Below, piece after piece: positions 59,593 through 64,000 of a DNA stretch of 64,000 bases (position 1 is the first letter of the stretch; each line of letters starts with the position of its first letter). A model generated the notes under the pieces. The model ran no database searches, was not told the DNA's origin, and saw only the letters and a list, made by a program, of their open reading frames with translations. This DNA is from an uncultured delta proteobacterium (GTDB lineage Bacteria; Myxococcota_A; Polyangia; Polyangiales; Polyangiaceae): NCBI GenBank assembly GCA_963716725.1, contig CAVQUB010000027.1, positions 32,001-96,000 on the forward strand. Reading direction: 5' to 3'. The position numbers and the translations under genes were made by a program.

Positions 59593-60348
59593 TCACTTGG
59601 GCGGCAGCGCGGATCCCTGCGGCATCTCCAGCTCGGCGCTGATGCGACGGAGCGCTCGCGCCGCCTCGCTGCGAAGGTCGCGGCCGAGCTCTCGCGTGAG
59701 GCGCGCACGGGTATCCGACTTCAGCCGCGGGGCCAGCGGGGCGGAGCTGACGTCGTTCTTGACCACGAGCAGGGTCTGGCAGAGCGCGGCGCCCGAGCGC
59801 GCCTCATGGATCGCGAACCACGCCACGATCGTGCCCGGCAGCCACTCCCAGCGTCCCCGGTCGGTGCGAAAGACGCGGTCGGCCGCGAAGTGTTCGGTGA
59901 CGTGGAACACGCCGACAAAACGACTCGCCGCGAGCGCCGAGATTTCGTCGACGACGCCAGCCGGGGGAGGCTGCCCCGGGGGCGACAGCGCCAGCGTGTC
60001 CCGCAGCTCGTGCAACTTTGGCTGGGTCAACGGGCCGGTCAGAGCCAGCGGCAGCAGGTCCTTCTTCTCGAAGCGTGCGTCGCGGAGCACCAGCGCGAGC
60101 ACGCGCTGCTCTTGCGACGACCCTTCCCAGCTCGAGTCGTCGCACCTCTGCTCCCGCGCCGAGCCCAGCGCCGGCCACTCCTTGGAGATCCACCGATTCA
60201 GAGTCGTGCCCAGCGTGGGATCTACGGGGGCCACGGCGGGAGCGCGATCAGGCAGGGCGGCGACTTCGACGGGCGCGGCCGGTTCGCCGCTGCAGCCGCC
60301 GAGAACCACGGCGGCGGCCAGCGCAAGCACTCGAGTCCATTGGCTCAC
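59593..60348 (-). CDS. Hypothetical lipoprotein
   Basis: Lipobox LGGC after GTG 60348. Confidence 0.6.
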   Translation of the reverse strand: MSQWTRVLALAAAVVLGGCSGEPAAPVEVAALPDRAPAVAPVDPTLGTTLNRWISKEWPALGSAREQRCDDSSWEGSSQEQRVLALVLRDARFEKKDLLPLALTGPLTQPKLHELRDTLALSPPGQPPPAGVVDEISALAASRFVGVFHVTEHFAADRVFRTDRGRWEWLPGTIVAWFAIHEARSGAALCQTLLVVKNDVSSAPLAPRLKSDTRARLTRELGRDLRSEAARALRRISAELEMPQGSALPPK

Positions 60349-60416
60349 GCCCCGTTGAAACAAAGGCTCGGGCGATGGGCCAAGATCTCGGCGACCAAGC
60401 CGTCTAGACTCGCGCG

Positions 60417-61536
60417 GTGCACCTGATTCAAAGCGAGCAAGAGCTGGCCGATGTCGCCAGGACCCTCTCCGATGCAACGACGCTCTACCTGGACACCGAG
60501 TTCGATTCGACGCGCGACGGCAAGACGCTGTGCCTCCTCCAGATCTCGAAGGGCGAGCGCGTGCACCTGGTCGACACCCTACGCCTCGGCTCACTGAGCC
60601 CGCTGCGCGAGATCTTGTCAGACCCAGGCCGCCAGTGGGTCCTGCACGCCGGCTCGCAAGACGTCGACCTGCTCGCCACGCGCTTCGAACTCGCTACGCC
60701 GCCCCGCGTCTTCGACACGCAGGTGGCCTGGGCCCTGACCACGGTGGAGCACAGCGTCTCGCTCGCTTACCTGAAATTTCAATTGCTGGGAGTCCGCAGC
60801 GGCAAGTCACACCAGGCCGACGACTGGATCCGTCGCCCACTGCCCGAGGCCCAGCTCGCCTACGCCGCCGCCGACATCGAGGAGCTGCCCGCGATGCACC
60901 GCGCGCTGGGCGAGCGCCTGGCCGAGCGCGGGCGCTCGACTCTGATTTTCAACGCCAGCCACGAGGTCAATTGGCCTGCTCGCGAGTCCGCAGAGCCGCT
61001 CGCCGTCGAGGACTTCCGCAACGCTTGGCAGCTCGACGCCCACAGTCAGGCCGCGCTCCGACATTTGATCGCCTGGTACAACGCCCTCGACGATCGAGAG
61101 CGGTCGCTGGCGCCCGACGCCAAGACCCTGCTGGCGATCGCCGGCCGGTTGCCCGAGACCGGCGCCGATCTCTCACGCATCAAGGGCGTGAACCGCCGCT
61201 TCGCCGCGGAGCGGGGCGATCGTCTCGTCGCCGGCCTGCAGCGCGCGGCCGCCGACGCGGACACCGGCGGATTCGTGCCCATCGATTCCTCCCCCCTACG
61301 CCACCGCCGACGAGGTGCGCCTGGACGGTTGGCTCTCCCTCGCCCGCGCAGAGATCAGCGCGAACCTGGAGGTGGCTCCGGAGCTCGCGTTTCCGGGCCG
61401 GCTGATGCGAAAGATCAGATCGCGCATCGTGGAGACGGGCGCTCGCGCCCAGGGCGCGGAGGTCTTCGACGGTTGGCGCCGTGAGCTGATATCACCGGCC
61501 TTCGTGGACTTCGCGAGACGCAGCGGCGACGCCTGA
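60417..61536 (+). CDS. rnd: Ribonuclease D, frameshift near 61292
   Basis: LDTEF, CLLQI, LHAGSQD, FDTQVA, DWIRRPL...QLAYAAAD, HRDC-like region; GWRREL in the second frame. Confidence 0.88.
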
Positions 61537-61577
61537 GGCCGCTGCCCTCCCCGGCCTCCGCCTGGTAGACTGCGCGC

Positions 61578-63176
61578 ATGAGGAAGCTCGTCGCCCTAAG
61601 CGCCCTGCCGGTATTGTTCGCAACCGCCCCCGCGTGGGCGGCCAGCTACGAAATCGCGCCCGGGGCCAATCTGAGCCAGGAGATCGCCAAGCTCAAAGCC
61701 GGTGACGAGCTGGTGCTCAAGGGCGGGACCTACACCTTGAGCGGCAAGCTCACCGTCTCGGTGGCGGGGACCGCCAACGCGCCCATCGTGATCCGCAGCA
61801 AAGACGGCGAGACTGCCCACATCACCCGCGACGCCAGCCAAAACGTGATCAACGTCGAGAACACCAAGTACGTCGTGCTTCGGAAGCTCGAGGTCTCCAA
61901 GGGCTCGCACGGCATCCGCATCACGAGCTCGAGCTTCATCACCGTCGAAGACTGCCACATCCACGACACGGCCGACGTCGCGGTCTCGGCCAACGTCGGC
62001 GGCTCCAAGTACGAAGGCCTGGTCATCCGTCGCAATCACATCCACCACACCAACGGCACCGGCGAGGGCATGTACCTCGGCTGCAACAACGACGGCTGCC
62101 AGATGTTCGACAGCCTGATCGAGGGCAACTACGTCCATCACACGAATCAGTCGAGCGTCAGCCAGGGCGACGGCATCGAGATCAAGCAGGGCAGCTACAA
62201 CAACATCGTGCGCGACAACGTGATCCACGACACGAACTACCCCTGCATCTTGATCTACGGCACCGCGGGCAAGGCCGTGAACCTGCTCGAGCGCAACGCC
62301 ATGTGGAATTGCGGCGACCACGGCATTCAGGCCGAGGCCGACGCCATCATCCGGAACAACTTGGTGCTCGGCGCCAAGGCCGACGGCATCCGCAACCAGC
62401 TCCACCAGCAGCAGAGCGTCGAAGATCTGACCATTGTGCACAATACGGTGCTCAACGCCGGCGACGCGCTGCGCTCTGACGGCATCAAGAGCAACGTCGT
62501 GATCGCCAACAACGCGCTCTACAGCCAAAACGGCAATGCGCTCCGCGTTGCCGGAACGCTCTCGGCGCTGACCGTCGCCGGCAACGTCGGCATGGGCTCC
62601 ACCCAGGGCGTGAGCGCAGGCTTCACCGGCGGCGGCACCCTGGCCGCGGACTTCATGGACGCGGCCTTCGGGGGCGCCAAGCTGAACGTCTTCCCGAAGA
62701 CTGGCAGCAAGCTGATCGGCGCGGGAGACGCCAAGTACGTGGTCGGCGACGACTTCAACGGTACGCCGCGCGGCGGCGTGGCCGACGTCGGTGCCCACAA
62801 GTTCGGCGCGAGCAATCCCGGTTGGACCGTCGGCGCCGGCTTCAAAGATCCGACCGCGAGCGGGGGCACGGGTGGCACGGGTGGCAGCGGCGGATCCGGT
62901 GGTGCGGGCACCGGGGGCAGCGGCACCGGCGGCTCTGCGGGTTCACCCGCCGGCGGCAGCGCGGGCTCGAGCACCGGCGGCAGCGCAGGCTCGAGCACCG
63001 GCGGCAGCGGCACCGGCGGCGGCAGCACCGGGGGCAGCGGCACCGGCGGCGCGAAGAGCGGCGACAGCAGCGCCGACGACGGCGGTTGCGGATGCAGAGC
63101 CACGCCGAGCGGGTCGAACCTGGGTTGGGCGGGGTTCGCCGCGCTCGCGCTGCTGCGCTTCAGGCGCCGGCGTTGA
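61578..63176 (+). CDS. Secreted parallel beta-helix protein with MYXO-CTERM sorting signal
   Basis: Signal peptide, NxIHxT repeats, Gly/Ser/Thr linker, DDGGCGCR...ALALLRFRRRR. Confidence 0.88.
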   Translation: MRKLVALSALPVLFATAPAWAASYEIAPGANLSQEIAKLKAGDELVLKGGTYTLSGKLTVSVAGTANAPIVIRSKDGETAHITRDASQNVINVENTKYVVLRKLEVSKGSHGIRITSSSFITVEDCHIHDTADVAVSANVGGSKYEGLVIRRNHIHHTNGTGEGMYLGCNNDGCQMFDSLIEGNYVHHTNQSSVSQGDGIEIKQGSYNNIVRDNVIHDTNYPCILIYGTAGKAVNLLERNAMWNCGDHGIQAEADAIIRNNLVLGAKADGIRNQLHQQQSVEDLTIVHNTVLNAGDALRSDGIKSNVVIANNALYSQNGNALRVAGTLSALTVAGNVGMGSTQGVSAGFTGGGTLAADFMDAAFGGAKLNVFPKTGSKLIGAGDAKYVVGDDFNGTPRGGVADVGAHKFGASNPGWTVGAGFKDPTASGGTGGTGGSGGSGGAGTGGSGTGGSAGSPAGGSAGSSTGGSAGSSTGGSGTGGGSTGGSGTGGAKSGDSSADDGGCGCRATPSGSNLGWAGFAALALLRFRRRR

Positions 63177-63182
63177 TCCCGA

Positions 63183-64000
63183 TCACCAGTCGAGCAGGTA
63201 AGCTGCCACCAGCGGGAACACGATGGTGGCGTCGCTCTCGATGATGAACCTGGGAGTGTCGAGATCCAGCTTGCCCCAGGTGATCTTCTCGTTCGGCACC
63301 GCTCCGCTGTAGCTCCCGTAGGACGTCGTCGAGTCGCTGATCTGACAGAAGTAGCCCCAGTAGGGGCACTGCTGCTGCAGGTCCTGGTGAATCAGCGGGA
63401 CCACGCAGATGGGGAAGTCACCGGCGATGCCGCCGCCGATCTGGAAGAACCCGATGCTCGACCGGGCGCTCTCTTCTCGGTACCAGTCGATCAGCGTGCG
63501 CATCTGCTCGAGACCGCTCTTGATCGTCGTGGCGTTTTTCACCTCGCCGCGGACCACCGAGGCCACGAACATGTTGGCCAGAGTCGAGTCTTCGTAGCCG
63601 GGCACCCACATCGGCAGGTTCTTTTCGCAGGCCGCGAGCAGCCAGCTGTCCTTCGGATCGATCTCGTATTCGGGCTCGAGCTTCTTGCTGCGGAGGAGCT
63701 TGTAGAAGATCTCGTGGGGGAACAGCCGCTCCCCCTTGGAATCAGCGTCTCTCCACAGCTCGAGCATGTGCCGCTCGATCTTGCGCATGGCCTCCCCTTC
63801 GGGGATGCAGGTGTCGGTCACGCGGTTCAGGCCTTGGTGTTCGAGCTCTTTCTCCTGCTCCGCGGTCAACATGCGGTAGGCGGGGATGCGCCGGTAGCTC
63901 TTGTGGGCCACCAGGTTGAAGACGTCTTCTTCGAGGTTGGCACCGGTGCAGCAGATCGCGTGCACTTTCCCCTTCCGGATCAGCTCCGCGATGACCGTAC
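63183..64000 (-). CDS. Deoxyhypusine synthase-like protein (bacterial homospermidine synthase type), partial
   Basis: CTGANLEED, EDSTL, QIGGGIAGDF, SYSGAVPNEKITWGK, ESDATIV. Confidence 0.9.
   Translation of the reverse strand, partial: TVIAELIRKGKVHAICCTGANLEEDVFNLVAHKSYRRIPAYRMLTAEQEKELEHQGLNRVTDTCIPEGEAMRKIERHMLELWRDADSKGERLFPHEIFYKLLRSKKLEPEYEIDPKDSWLLAACEKNLPMWVPGYEDSTLANMFVASVVRGEVKNATTIKSGLEQMRTLIDWYREESARSSIGFFQIGGGIAGDFPICVVPLIHQDLQQQCPYWGYFCQISDSTTSYGSYSGAVPNEKITWGKLDLDTPRFIIESDATIVFPLVAAYLLDW

Noticed and set aside
62860..63060. Gly/Ser/Thr and Pro-rich low-complexity repeats (also 21700-21950)
   Set aside because: Ordinary myxobacterial linker sequences

Overview
This is a high-GC, gene-dense bacterial window that looks like Myxococcota (Polyangiaceae-like), judged from a MYXO-CTERM protein, Hanks kinases with a PP2C phosphatase, Cys-rich repeat lipoproteins and elb ether-lipid genes. 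About 55 CDS can be called, including truD, mutH, nadE-nrtR-HD, an ECF sigma fused to a zinc finger, GH31, pilT, a desaturase, sahR-metH, a murE-like ligase, a complete but divergent N-ATPase operon (atpDCQRBEFAG), elbBC separated from elbDE, DUF1800/DUF1501, rnd and a deoxyhypusine-synthase-like gene. The most unusual stretch is about 10.0-11.7 kb on the minus strand. There, an atypical tRNA-Ala(UGC) sits downstream of three short uORF-plus-hairpin leader units with a sigma70-like and an ECF-like promoter. An internally deleted IS630 has inserted at the CTAG of the sigma70-like -10 box, and it carries a GxxExxY (PD-(D/E)XK) gene bracketed by its own ~33-bp inverted repeats. Several ordinary genes contain frameshifts, which suggests assembly indel errors, so single-base anomalies need read-level confirmation. 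All calls come from motif recognition by eye; no searches were run.
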